Source of the DNA: Mytilus edulis
Lineage: Eukaryota
NCBI RefSeq assembly: GCF_963676685.1
Contig: NC_092352.1
Span: 49,104,001 to 49,168,000, forward strand
DNA length: 64,000 bases
Reading direction: 5' to 3'
How positions within the stretch are numbered: the first letter of the stretch is position 1; each line of letters starts with the position of its first letter. The notes under the pieces were generated by a model that saw only the letters and a list, made by a program, of their open reading frames with translations, was not told the DNA's origin and ran no database searches. The position numbers and the translations under genes are program-made. Positions 37,939-52,999 of the stretch are shown in pieces.

Positions 37939-39544
37939 TTGAAAAACTGTAAGCTTCCTACTAAATGTCTTTTTGTATTTGTGTCACAGGGTCACATTCT
38001 CGTCAACCTTTATCCCACATCTTCTTTATTAATGTATTTATTGGTTCAAACATTGTTCTCATTGCATGATATATAGGTTATCATATATCTTTATAATCAC
38101 GTAGGAAGCACTAGTTCTTACATTTTAATTTTAATTTACCTTACATTTTATTCTTCCCATAACATTTTTAAATCCAATTAAAACCGAGAGAAATATTCTT
38201 CCTGAAAATGGTGTCAGAAATCATTCTGTATTATTTAATACCGGCATGAAACTTTGATCTTAATATCCATTATTATTGAAATGAATATTTTAGTAATGCA
38301 TAATCTCATTTAAATCGAATGATTTGATAAGACCACAAAACTTAAACATTTTAGCAATGTTGGCTTACTTAATAATTTTGTTGTTGATAAATTCACGATC
38401 TACTTAAGGTCCAAGTATTTCAGTCATGACTTTTTTATTTTAAATTAGAGTTATATTTTCAAAAGGGTTTATAAGGGAATATTGATTAATATTATTTGTT
38501 ATCTTCCTTCCCTTCGCCTTTATCATTCTGCTCAGTTGCATTTTTTTTTATTATACTAACGATATCACATTTTTTTCTATGTAAAGCGCTTATATATAGA
38601 TGTTATTTTGGTGAAACAAGGATAAGATATCATAGAAAACCGCGTCATGATTTAAATTGAACATATGAACCTTAATCTCTTGTGTAAAAAACTGCAGATC
38701 ATACTGGTCTTTATATCAATGCTTAAATAAAGAAACTACAACATACTATGATTTATACACAGGTTTTACAGAAAATATGAACTGAAACTCTTCCTGAAGA
38801 TTCGAAAAACTTATCATATTGAGGATATTGTATTTCGTATGTAAAACGCTCACATCTCATAATTTGATGTGCAACCATGATCTAAAATACAACCGTTTCA
38901 GTATGTAAAGTAAATATATACACACAGACTTTAGTTAAAGATTTACTAGTTCAGTTATATTAATTTTAATCACAATCTTTTTCAAAAGACTTTGGATATT
39001 CAATTGTAACGCCAAGCACATACATGTTAATGTTTTCGTTGGAAGATAAACATCGCATTCCTTTTCGGAATGAGAGCATTATGTCAAAATATTCAAATCA
39101 TTTTTCTCAGGCAATTTGTTTTCAATAAAAAAAAAACTTGAAATAAGTGAATGATTATTCTAAACCATTTTAATACGGTATAATTTTCATTTATTATTAT
39201 TATACATGCGTTATCTGACTTTCGCACGCAGCAGAATGACTGAAACAGACGTGTACAAAAAAAAACGCTGACATGAAGGTTTATCTAACATCCTCAGAGA
39301 AGATACGGAATATAATATAACATTTATCATGTTTTTTACATAGTTTCTTATTTTACTTTTAAATGTCATTTTATAATATTTTCCCAGACTAAATTAACTA
39401 TCATTATGTCATGAACAGTCTTAATATATAGCATTAGCTAGTGAAATTCCAAAATCATCAGTTCACAATATCAATAGAACGAAGGACCACAAGTCTTCAC
39501 AACTGTATAGCAACATATATTTAGTTATATTGTAATTTATATAT

Positions 39545-42500
39545 ATATATAAAATTAATCTTCAATATTCAAAATTCTATCTATGATGTTAAATGATATT
39601 ATTTCATGAAATGTTTATTCAAAAGACTTAAGAGTGTATATAGATGATATTTATTTTTAAACGCCTTTTTAAACAAAAGTGCTATAGAAATTAGGCTATC
39701 TCGTTCGGTAAACAAAAGGTACTGATACACTTACAAACATAATCTGTGTATCTATCAAATAATTTAATAAAGGAGAATACTGTAGACAATCTGATTCAAT
39801 ATAACGCAGCGGCTGTTTTAATTGTTTTTTTTTCATATTGTTTGAGCCTTTATCTATTTACCAAAAGAAAAGATATTTCTTGTGATATGAAATACTGATA
39901 TGAAACATGCGTTCAGTTTGGTGGCATTTCCTGTAGTTTGTTAAAAAATTTCGACATTTCAATTGAATTTTTGTTCGATCAATGAAAACTTTTTTTTAAA
40001 GTTTACAACGGACTCGTAGCCTTTCAGGTACAACCAAGAACTGGTCAAAATGTGTGGGACATGCACTAAAAATGTTAAACACATTTCAAAGATATGGTTT
40101 TTTTAACAAGTGATTATATGAATAGGAATGAGGTCTCTCTAAAAAAAAAGAAGTAATAATGCGATTTTTTTATGATAACACATTAAACTAACTTAAAGCA
40201 GTGTTTGTGTTTCAGAGAACAGTTTTGACGATTTTTTATTTAATGCTTTCTCATACAACATTTTACTTAATCATAAATAAAATCTGTATTGATTGTCGAC
40301 GGTGAACAAACAAAATGATATTGTTACATATTTTACTGCACAAGTAAAATCTCATCAGTGATGCTCGAGTTCAAAATTGTGAAAAATACGAGACTAATAA
40401 CTAAGTGGATATATTTTTTTAAACCGAGAATTACTAAAAGTAGATTAAAACCTAGACAAGGGCGATACATGATTCCTATATTCAGAACTAAAAATCTAAA
40501 TTTATAACAACCTGAACACATATCAACAAAGCTATGCCAGTACTGAAGTACTGCTGGATAATTAAACTGACTGCCCTCAAGAGAAAATCTATGAACTGTT
40601 TTTAATTAATGAAAAAATGTGATTTATTTTAGGTCATTTCCCTTTACAATTCAATAATAATATTTTTTTGAAAAAGGTTAAACACAGTTCAACGACCGAC
40701 GAAAACATTATCACAATCAATTAAACAATATATAGTTGAATTGTTGCTGTCATTCATATTTCATTTTGTACGCATTCATTGGTCTCTATAGTGTTGTGTT
40801 GTATATTTTGATTTACTTCCTGTCTCACATAAACCAAGATCATTTCAGCATCAACACAAACATACTGTTGTTATGAATTTAAGCAAAACATTTTATTTCA
40901 ACAATAACACTACCATCATTATAATATTGAATTTTCTATTAATGATTGGAATTTAAACGTATCTCTACTTGCCATGGATTGTTATAACGTTGTCTGTCAG
41001 TTAAGGGCCGCAATGTGTGCACATATAAAATCCTGCAACCTCTTAAAAAACTTCATTATCGAAAAAAAATGCTAAATGTTGTCAAAGTGAAAATCAACAC
41101 CTTTAATCAAGGGCACATTATTTCAGTACAGATATCTACCATAATGACCTTTTTTACGGAATATGATGCATTTGTTTGATCAATTCAACGGGGGAAAATA
41201 AAATATGAATGTTGATTAAAAAATGTATCAGTAAAATGATAAAGAATAATACATGAATAAATCCAACAATCTCGTACAAAGACCTAATTCCTTGCGTGGC
41301 TTTCGCTTTTCATATTGTTCGTTTTGATTTATAAACTTTTCATTTTGTAGAATGAGTTCCGGATTAACAAACTTTACAGCCTTCGAAAAGATATATTTTG
41401 AATTGCCGAAATGCAGACCTGGTAAAATGCCATTGTAATCGTTAATGTTATTATACATGATGAACATATTGACTTCTGTACCCCGATTTCTGACATTTAT
41501 TCCTATTATGTCTGTTTGTGTTGTTCATACATTGTTGTTCACACATCGACTTCAATAAAATGGAATTTTATACGACTTAGCTAGCTTTACCTAAGTTAAG
41601 GTAGCTTTAAAGACAGGTTCAATCCACCATTTTCTACACAAGATAATGTCTGTACCAAGACAGTTGTTAGCCATTCGTGTGATGTTGTTGATCTTTTGAT
41701 TTTTCCATTTGACAAGGGACCTTCCGTTTTGAATTTTCCTCAGAGTTTGGTATTTTTATTCAAATATTACTTTTTGCTTTGTGCTAAATGAATACCAATG
41801 TCAACACCGCTGAGTATTTACTGAAATTAGATTTTACCTGATGAAGAAATTTTGTTTAAACTGACATCAGAGTTCACTTGGAATTGTTTGGTTAAATATA
41901 TTTTATGTATCTATGATGAGTTTAATATATTATGAATAAAGATAAGGAAGACAAGAACTTGTTTTTCTGCTTTTTTTGTCTGATAAATATAACCTTGACG
42001 GTTTTTTGTTATAATTAAAAAAAATATATAGCTCATTCTATAATTCTATAGAAATCAATTTCTTTGTCGTCAATTTGCATTATATATTCTGTTTTAATTG
42101 TTGGTTTTTGTGTAGGCTATCAGTATTTAAAAATAACAAAACACAAAAAGAGTGAACAACAATGTTACATAGCCAACACTACACTAAAATTAGCAGCAAT
42201 ATTACTTCCTCTGCATATGGGATATACATTTCCGAAATAATTTGAAATTTTGAAATTATCAATTTCCAACACCTTAGTACCAATGTACCAATGTCACCTG
42301 CATAATGGATATACATTTCCCAACTAATTCGGTATTCAATAGAAAGCAGCTACTATTAAAACTTTTGAAATTGTCACTAGTGTCAGAGCAGAAAGTTGAT
42401 GAACCAGGTTTGTGTCAAAGAACGTCTTGTCCTTTTTGCCTTTTTGTTCCAAATATCATCGGAAGATGATTAGTCCTTTTTGATAATATTCCTTATCAAC

Positions 42501-45500
42501 CTCATAAAAATACTTGATGGTCCTAAACTATGGAATTGAGATAGTGACGTTGGTCAACTATCTTAATTTAGGGTGGTTTAGCTAGCTATCCGTTAAATCC
42601 GCCATTTTCTACACGAGGAAATGCCTTACAAAGTCAGGAATATGACAGTTCTTCCAATTTATTTGATACGTTTGCGCTTTTGATTTTGCCATTTTGATAA
42701 AAAGATTTTTGGTTTTATATTTTCCTGAAGTTTCTTTATTTTTGCTGATTTACTTTTTTTTTGTAACTTATAAATAAGTTTTAGTTTCTTTTATATATTT
42801 TTGTTCAGAGTGGTTTTGCTGTACTTATTTTTATTTATACTATAGCTTAACCATTTCCTGTTGCTTCATCTACTCAATACAGTAACACAATGATATTTCG
42901 TGCAATATTGATTTCATGTCAGGTCACTTTTCTTCATAATTTGGGGTTCGTTCAAGAATGGAAAATACATTATATTGTTCGTATCAATAGTTTTCTTTCT
43001 CAGAGGAAGAAAATAAGCCAAGGTCAATTTATCATTTTGTTTGTCAGTGTTCGGTAAACCTCGTCTTTCCTCTGTGTTAATAAAAAAGGTGATATTTCCC
43101 TGAGATGTGACCTAGTATTGTGTTTTTCTTATATTATTTTAAAGAAAATTAGGATAATAGTCTGATCAACTTAAATGGAATGAATTGGTATCACCGATCA
43201 CTTGTTTAACCCTGCTGCAAGTCAATAACATTGTAAGTCGTTGTGTCATGTTGCATTTGTATATCTTAATGAGAATGTAGTCGTGTTTTCCTTGTCAAAT
43301 AAACAAAAATCAGTTGTATTATAATTATAAATTTGAATATAAGAGAAGGTTTATTAGTGTTTTTTTTTTTTTTTTTGTCAATAACGTGGTTAAGAGTGCA
43401 TTTGATGTATCAATTTGTTTTATAACTGCAGTAGACAACCATCTGTTGTCTTTATCTACTAAATATCATAAAAAAAGACATTTCCGACAATGTCGAGTCA
43501 TGTTATCTCACTAATTTCAAACTTTGGTTGTGTTCGTTTGGGGATGCAAAATACTTTTTATGTGTTTGTGTTAGCATTTTCAAAATTATAATTGCTGCTA
43601 TTTTCAGCTTCAGGATAAAAGCAAAATTAGGTAACTGCCAGAAAAATATTCATCTTATTTAGTTTATATATGTTTACTTTTGCTATTTCAATTCAATTGT
43701 TATAGTACTCTAATGAAATTCATAATGAGTTGGCTTGCAATTGTTGTCACCTATAACTTGTTCAACCCCGCCGGGAGTCAGTAATATTGTCAGTATAGTG
43801 TTACTTTTGTATATCATAACAAGATTGTATTCGTATTTCCTTGTCAAATAAACACAATGCAGTTGTATGGGTCGAAAGGTTCTTTTTGTCATCATTATTG
43901 ATGTAGCTATTCAAAATGAAAACGACCTTGATATAATAACAATTATGATTCTCATACTACATAATCAGTCGCAAGAATCTATTGTTATACAATGTCTTAA
44001 ACGTTCAGGAAAACTGTGTTAATTGAAACATACAGGAAAACATGTTTTTTTTTATATTTCCTGTTTTTTTTGTGTGTCTTTGTTATATATTTGTTTGTTT
44101 TTTGTTCTGATTGAGATTGTGACACGGCATTGATGGCTGTATCCCTATTTTGACAATTTTACCTTTTATGTATGTTTTGTTAACGCATCGTTATAGATAA
44201 AATTGAATTTGAGGAGACTGTCATACAAGTGAGAGGTTTAGTGCTATAAAACCAGGTTCAATCTACCATTTTCTACATTTAAGAATGCCTGTACCAATTC
44301 AGGAGTTTGACAGTTGTTTTCCATTCTTTTGATGTGTATTATCATTTGATTTTGCCATTTGGTAATGGACTTTCCATTTTGAATTTTCCTCAGAGTTCAT
44401 TATTTTTTGCTTTTACTGTTTTTCTTTTAAAAAGACGTTTTATAATCCACCCAGAGCAATATTAAAACACTTCAAATTCTGTATTTTAGTATTACAAGAT
44501 ACATTCATTTGAATTTCAAACATTGTAAAATAAGAAACAACTGCCTTATTTTAAATCCAGATACATAGCTGCACTTGTATTATACAAATGCAGATTTAAT
44601 TGAATCTTTTATATAAAATCATTTGATTAAGTTTATATGTTTTAAAGTATGTACATGTATTATAAATAATTTACACATTTTTACTATTTAATCAATTATA
44701 TACACACCACTCATAGTACTGTCTCATATTAATTCAATTACAACCTTAATAAATGTTACTCATTACTTCGATGTCAAAAACTAATGTATTTGTGTTGATT
44801 ATAAACTTCGATATAAAAAAGCATATATTTGACCTTTTCTGTTTAAAATCAGGCAGTGATGAAAACATAACAAACAAAAACCCACTCATTTTGACATTAA
44901 CTTAATATGTAAAAAATGAATAATGGTGCACAAATACAACCTTCAATTCCTTCCCTGTTCTGGTAATTCAAGATACAATTTTGAGATTTTAAGAAATGCA
45001 CTACAAGTTAAGTATTAAGGCAAGCTAACCACGTCATTCTAACCGGACTTTCTCAATAGATGTCTCAAATTACCAGACAGGCATCCCTTTCTAACCAAGG
45101 ACAAGGATAGCTTAAAAATAGGATGGTAAGGTTTGTTTTTTTTCCTGCCATGTGTTTTTTCTTTTGCCTGATTCGGAGAAAGACTTAAGATATTAACTAT
45201 CCCTAAGACCCATAGGGTCTCGGTGTGGTAAAGAAATGGACACTTTAAATTATTAAAGACGGTTACATGTGTAAGTTACCCTCTAGAGGTCGTTAGTGTT
45301 GTTTCCTGTGCAGGAATACTGTCTAATTACACTATTTCACACACCTTCTTTTTTTCATCTATTCATCTCCAAGAAAAAACATTGTTCTCATTATTTGATA
45401 GGTTTACATTGATGGTCATATGCTTCTTTTAAAGCTCTTGTTTTATGTGTTAATTTTATTTTGTTATAAATTCAATTCTTTTAATAACATGTTTGTATCC

Positions 45501-48500
45501 AATTAAAATATATAAAATTAATCTTCAATATTCAAAATTCTATCTATGATGTTAAATGATATTATTTAATGAAATGTTTATTCAAAAGACTTAAGAGTGT
45601 ATATAGATGATATTTATTTTTAAACGCCTTTTTAAACAAAAGTGCTATAGAAATTAGGCTATCTCGTTCGGTAAACAAAAGGTACTGATACACTTACAAA
45701 CATAATCTGTGTATCTATCAAATAATTTAATAAAGGAGAATACTGTAGACAATCTGATTCAATATAACGCAGCGGCTGTTTTAATTGTTTTTTTTCATAT
45801 TGTTTGAGCCTTTATCTATTTACCAAAAGAAAAGATATTTCTTGTGATATGAAATACTGATATGAAACATGCGTTCAGTTTGGTGGCATTTCCTGTAGTT
45901 TGTTAAAAAATTTCGACATTTCAATTGAATTTTTGTTCGATCAATGAAAACTTTTTTTTTAAAGTTTACAACGGACTCGTAGCCTTTCAGGTACAACCAA
46001 GAACTGGTCAAAATGTGTGGGACATGCACTAAAAATGTTAAACACATTTCAAAGATATGGTTTTTTTAACAAGTGATTATATGAATAGGAATGAGGTCTC
46101 TCTAAAAAAAAAGAAGTAATAATGCGATTTTTTTATGATAACACATTAAACTAACTTAAAGCAGTGTTTGTGTTTCAGAGAACAGTTTTGACGATTTTTT
46201 ATTTAATGCTTTCTCATACAACATTTTACTTAATCATAAATAAAATCTGTATTGATTGTCGACGGTGAACAAACAAAATGATATTGTTACATATTTTACT
46301 GCACAAGTAAAATCTCATCAGTGATGCTCGAGTTCAAAATTGTGAAAAATACGAGACTAATAACTAAGTGGATATATTTTTTTAAACCGAGAATTACTAA
46401 AAGTAGATTAAAACCTAGACAAGGGCGATACATGATTCCTATATTCAGAACTAAAAATCTAAATTTATAACAACCTGAACACATATCAACAAAGCTATGC
46501 CAGTACTGAAGTACTGCTGGATAATTAAACTGACTGCCCTCAAGAGAAAATCTATGAACTGTTTTTAATTAATGAAAAAATGTGATTTATTTTAGGTCAT
46601 TTCCCTTTACAATTCAATAATAATATTTTTTTGAAAAAGGTTAAACACAGTTCAACGACCGACGAAAACATTATCACAATCAATTAAACAATATATAGTT
46701 GAATTGTTGCTGTCATTCATATTTCATTTTGTACGCATTCATTGGTCTCTATAGTGTTGTGTTGTATATTTTGATTTACTTCCTGTCTCACATAAACCAA
46801 GATCATTTCAGCATCAACACAAACATACTGTTGTTATGAATTTAAGCAAAACATTTTATTTCAACAATAACACTACCATCATTATAATATTGAATTTTCT
46901 ATTAATGATTGGAATTTAAACGTATCTCTACTTGCCATGGATTGTTATAACGTTGTCTGTCAGTTAAGGGCCGCAATGTGTGCACATATAAAATCCTGCA
47001 ACCTCTTAAAAAACTTCATTATCGAAAAAAAATGCTAAATGTTGTCAAAGTGAAAATCAACACCTTTAATCAAGGGCACATTATTTCAGTACAGATATCT
47101 ACCATAATGACCTTTTTTACGGAATATGATGCATTTGTTTGATCAATTCAACGGGGGAAAATAAAATATGAATGTTGATTAAAAAATGTATCAGTAAAAT
47201 GATAAAGAATAATACATGAATAAATCCAACAATCTCGTACAAAGACCTAATTCCTTGCGTGGCTTTCGCTTTTCATATTGTTCGTTTTGATTTATAAACT
47301 TTTCATTTTGTAGAATGAGTTCCGGATTAACAAACTTTACAGCCTTCGAAAAGATATATTTTGAATTGCCGAAATGCAGACCTGGTAAAATGCCATTGTA
47401 ATCGTTAATGTTATTATACATGATGAACATATTGACTTCTGTACCCCGATTTCTGACATTTATTCCTATTATGTCTGTTTGTGTTGTTCATACATTGTTG
47501 TTCACACATCGACTTCAATAAAATGGAATTTTATACGACTTAGCTAGCTTTACCTAAGTTAAGGTAGCTTTAAAGACAGGTTCAATCCACCATTTTCTAC
47601 ACAAGATAATGTCTGTACCAAGACAGTTGTTAGCCATTCGTGTGATGTTGTTGATCTTTTGATTTTTCCATTTGACAAGGGACCTTCCGTTTTGAATTTT
47701 CCTCAGAGTTTGGTATTTTTATTCAAATATTACTTTTTGCTTTGTGCTAAATGAATACCAATGTCAACACCGCTGAGTATTTACTGAAATTAGATTTTAC
47801 CTGATGAAGAAATTTTGTTCAAACTGACATCAGAGTTCACTTGGAATTGTTTGGTTAAATATATTTTATGTATCTATGATGAGTTTAATATATTATGAAT
47901 AAAGATAAGGAAGACAAGAACTTGTTTTTCTGCTTTTTTTGTCTGATAAATATAACCTTGACGGTTTTTTGTTATAATTAAAAAAAATATATAGCTCATT
48001 CTATAATTCGATAGAAATCAATTTCTTTGTCGTCAATTTGCATTATATATTCTGTTTTAATTGTTGGTTTTTGTGTAGGCTATCAGTATTTAAAAATAAC
48101 AAAACACAAAAAGAGTGAACAACAATGTTACATAGCCAACACTACACTAAAATTAGCAGCAATATTACTTCCTCTGCATATGGGATATACATTTCCGAAA
48201 TAATTTGAAATTTTGAAATTATCAATTTCCAACACCTTAGTACCAATGTACCAATGTCACCTGCATAATGGATATACATTTCCCAACTAATTCGGTATTC
48301 AATAGAAAGCAGCTACTATTAAAACTTTTGAAATTGTCACTAGTGTCAGAGCAGAAAGTTGATGAACCAGGTTTGTGTCAAAGAACGTCTTGTCCTTTTT
48401 GCCTTTTTGTTCCAAATATCATCGGAAGATGATTAGTCCTTTTTGATAATATTCCTTATCAACCTCATAAAAATACTTGATGGTCCTAAACTATGGAATT

Positions 48501-51478
48501 GAGATAGTGACGTTGGTCAACTATCTTAATTTAGGGTGGTTTAGCTAGCTATCCGTTAAATCCGCCATTTTCTACACGAGGAAATGCCTTACAAAGTCAG
48601 GAATATGACAGTTCTTCCAATTTATTTGATACGTTTGCGCTTTTGATTTTGCCATTTTGATAAAAAGATTTTTGGTTTTATATTTTCCTGAAGTTTCTTT
48701 ATTTTTGCTGATTTACTTTTTTTTTGTAACTTATAAATAGGTTTTAGTTTCTTTTATATATTTTTGTTCAGAGTGGTTTTGCTGTACTTATTTTTATTTA
48801 TACTATAGCTTAACCATTTCCTGTTGCTTCATCTACTCAATACAGTAACACAATGATATTTCGTGCAATATTGATTTCATGTCAGGTCACTTTTCTTCAT
48901 AATTTGGGGTTCGTTCAAGAATGGAAAATACATTATATTGTTCGTATCAATAGTTTTCTTTCTCAGAGGAAGAAAATAAGCCAAGGTCAATTTATCATTT
49001 TGTTTGTCAGTGTTCGGTAAACCTCGTCTTTCCTCTGTGTTAATAAAAAAGGTGATATTTCCCTGAGATGTGACCTAGTATTGTGTTTTTCTTATATTAT
49101 TTTAAAGAAAATTAGGATAATAGTCTGATCAACTTAAATGGAATGAATTGGTATCACCGATCACTTGTTTAACCCTGCTGCAAGTCAATAACATTGTAAG
49201 TCGTTGTGTCATGTTGCATTTGTATATCTTAATGAAAATGTAGTCGTGTTTTCCTTGTCAAATAAACAAAAATCAGTTGTATTATAATTATAAATTTGAA
49301 TATAAGAGAAGGTTTATTAGTGTTTTTTTTTTTTTTTTTGTCAATAACGTGGTTAAGAGTGCATTTGATGTATCAATTTGTTTTATAACTGCAGTAGACA
49401 ACCATCTGTTGTCTTTATCTACTAAATATCATAAAAAAAGACATTTCCGACAATGTCGAGTCATGTTATCTCACTAATTTCAAACTTTGGTTGTGTTCGT
49501 TTGGGGATGCAAAATACTTTTTATGTGTTTGTGTTAGCATTTTCAAAATTATAATTGCTGCTATTTTCAGCTTCAGAATAAAAGCAAAATTAGGTAACTG
49601 CCAGAAAAATATTCATCTTATTTAGTTTATATATGTTTACTTTTGCTATTTCAATTCAATTGTTATAGTACTCTAATGAAATTCATAATGAGTTGGCTTG
49701 CAATTGTTGTCACCTATAACTTGTTCAACCCCGCCGGGAGTCAGTAATATTGTCAGTATAGTGTTACTTTTGTATATCATAACAAGATTGTATTCGTATT
49801 TCCTTGTCAAATAAACACAATGCAGTTGTATGGGTCGAAAGGTTCTTTTTGTCATCATTATTGATGTAGCTATTCAAAATGAAAACGACCTTGATATAAT
49901 AACAATTATGATTCTCATACTACTCAATCAGTCGCAAGAATCTATTGTTATACAATGTCTTAAACGTTCAGGAAAACTGTGTTAATTGAAACATACAGGA
50001 AAACATGTTTTTTTTTATATTTCCTGTTTTTTTTGTGTGTCTTTGTTATATATTTGTTTGTTTTTTGTTCTGATTGAGATTGTGACACGGCATTGATGGC
50101 TGTATCCCTATTTTGACAATTTTACCTTTTATGTATGTTTTGTTAACGCATCGTTATAGATAAAATTGAATTTGAGGAGACTGTCATACAAGTGAGAGGT
50201 TTAGTGCTATAAAACCAGGTTCAATCTACCATTTTCTACATTTAAGAATGCCTGTACCAATTCAAGGTTTGACAGTTGTTTTCCATTCTTTTGATGTGTA
50301 TTATCATTTGATTTTGCCATTTGGTAATGGACTTTCCATTTTGAATTTTCCTCAGAGTTCATTATTTTTTGCTTTTACTGTTTTTCTTTTAAAAAGACGT
50401 TTTATAATCCACCCAAAGCAATATTAAAACACTTCAAATTCTGTATTTTAGTATTACAAGATACATTCATTTGAATTTCAAACATTGTAAAATAAGAAAC
50501 AACTGCCTTATTTTAAATCCAGATACATAGCTGCACTTGTATTATACAAATGCAGATTTAATTGAATCTTTTATATAAAATCATTTGATTAAGTTTATAT
50601 GTTTTAAAGTATGTACATGTATTATAAATAATTTACACATTTTCACTATTTAATCAATTATATACACACCACTCATAGTACTGTCTCATATTAATTCAAT
50701 TACAACCTTAATAAATGTTACTCATTACTTCGATGTCAAAAACTAATGTATTTATGTTGATTATAAACTTCGATATAAAAAAGCATATATTTGACCTTTT
50801 CTGTTTAAAATCAGGCAGTGATGAAAACATAACAAACAAAAACCCACTCATTTTGACATTAACTTAATATGTAAAAAATGAATAATGGTGCACAAATACA
50901 ACCTTCAATTCCTTCCCTGTTCTGGTAATTCAAGATACAATTTTGAGATTTTAAGAAATGCACTACAAGTTAAGTATTAAGGCAAGCTAACCACGTCATT
51001 CTAACCGGACTTTCTCAATAGATGTCTCAAATTACCAGACAGGCATCCCTTTCTAACCAAGGACAAGGATAGCTTAAAAATAGGATGGTAAGGTTTGTTT
51101 TTTTTCCTGCCATGTGTTTTTTCTTTTGCCTGATTCGGAGAAAGACTGGAACTTAAGATATTAACTATCCCTAAGACCCATAGGGTCTCGGTGTGGTAAA
51201 GAAATGGACACTTTAAATTATTAAAGACGGTTACATGTGTAAGTTACCCTCTAGAGGTCGTTAGTGTTGTTTCCTGTGCAGGAATACTGTCTAATTACAC
51301 TATTTCACACACCTTCTTTTTTTCATCTATTCATCTCCAAGAAAAAACATTGTTCTCATTATTTGATAGGTTTACATTGATGGTCATATGCTTCTTTTAA
51401 AGCTCTTGTTTTATGTGTTAATTTTATTTTGTTATAAATTCAATTCTTTTAATAACATGTTTGTATCCAATTAAAATA
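39545..51478 (+). repeat. Near-identical tandem duplication, 2 x ~5.96 kb
   Basis: Four ORF pairs offset by exactly 5963 bp. Junction at ~45508-45511. Only scattered SNPs and small indels. Confidence 0.97.
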
Positions 51479-52831
51479 GAAAGACATCATCTACCTGTTA
51501 GAAAACATTTTGTTTAATTAAATTCCGAAGTGAAACTTTTATCTTATCCACAATTACAAAAATGAAGTGCACATTCTAATTAGTTTTGAAATATTGTTTT
51601 GTGATCATTAAACTTTAACGTTTGATCCACATTGACATATTTATGTGTAACATAATCCAGGCCGATAAGAAAATTCATAAACCCCACGATCAGATCTATA
51701 TACAAGTATTTCGGTCAAGGTTTCATATTTGTCTAGATTTCTAATGCAGATTATTCCAGAAGCGTTGCCTAGGGCATATAACTTAAGGCATATTTGGAAT
51801 CCGCTACAAATGGATTAAAAATAATCATCAGTGCTTCTTTGAATTCATTATCAAATGATTGCGTAACTATGTTTAAACTATATACTTAGAAAAATAGTAA
51901 ACGCACCGAAAGTTTGCTCTCACTAACCTCGATGCTCTTTAACTTCATACTTTCGTATTTTATATGGTCTCTTAAATCTGTTTTAGTCGCTCGTCGCTGA
52001 TAAGTATTTTGTATTTGAAACACTGATCTTGCAAACAGAATCCTTATCTTAGAATATTTGACAGGTTTCATTTCTTTTAATTTTTTAAAATATTATTCAT
52101 TGAATGTTTTGCGCAGTAGCTGACAGTTTATATAAACTGGATTTAGAAAAACCTAGTTTTATAAATGACATCTGCGGATATTCAGAATCAACAGATTTAT
52201 AAGTTTTTGTCAAAATGTGTGTTGGGTTGAAAAACAACTAGAAATCAGGAAACATATTTCCATTCCTTCGTGTAAAAATAACCTTGGGTAAGACATTATT
52301 TTTGTAGTGTAATTGGGAAATTATACTCGACATCATTCGTCATATTTGCAGATAACTATGTCGATGCTGTCAATTAGTATTTTATGATCAATGCTGTACT
52401 TGGTATGTCATACATTAAACATTTGAGATGGATATAAGTTTACTACATTACTGTTTACTTCTTTATGTTTTATTATTTTTGTTTGTTTGTTGATCTTTCG
52501 ATTTGCCTAAATAAAAGGGAGACTATTAAGGTTCAATCGTCCTTCATACGTTGTAGTGTGTTTGTAAAGTACACGCCACAACCATAATATAATACAATAT
52601 AATATGTTTGACTTTAAATTTGTTTTATAAATGTTTTTACTTCCCTGAATTTATGTTTTATTAATGTTATTTGAAATACACTGCTTTATCATATAATTCT
52701 AGAAAATAATTGTCTAAGTGTATTCCTTGATGAACCTATAAATTGTACCAATACTTATTCATAAAATGTGATGAATTGTCTTAGCCGTGTTATATGACTT
52801 TCGAAAATCAACTGTGTCCGGCTATTATCAT

Positions 52832-52999
52832 TCAGGAACAGTGCCATTGGCATTCCGACATCACTCGGTAAATTCCGGGAAAACACTTGAAAGATACGAT
52901 TTGAATGAAAAACATAACAAAGTAAGGGAATACATCCAAGTATAAGAAGACAAAAAATATATAATGAATAATGCAAAACAAATAATACAATAAATGCAT
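52832..52999 (-). CDS. Module Y, open copy: 55-aa frame ending FVMFFIQIVSFKCFPGIYRVMSECQWHCS*
   Basis: Open from ATG 52999 to TGA 52832. TATAAA at 53095-53100 and a possible donor aag/gtatag at ~53036. True exon structure uncertain. Confidence 0.35.
   Translation of the reverse strand: MHLLYYLFCIIHYIFFVFLYLDVFPYFVMFFIQIVSFKCFPGIYRVMSECQWHCS

Larger units (their letters stand above)
31213..43315 (+). repeat. Segmental duplication unit B
   Basis: Colinear with unit A at an offset of ~15.1-15.5 kb. Confidence 0.95.
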
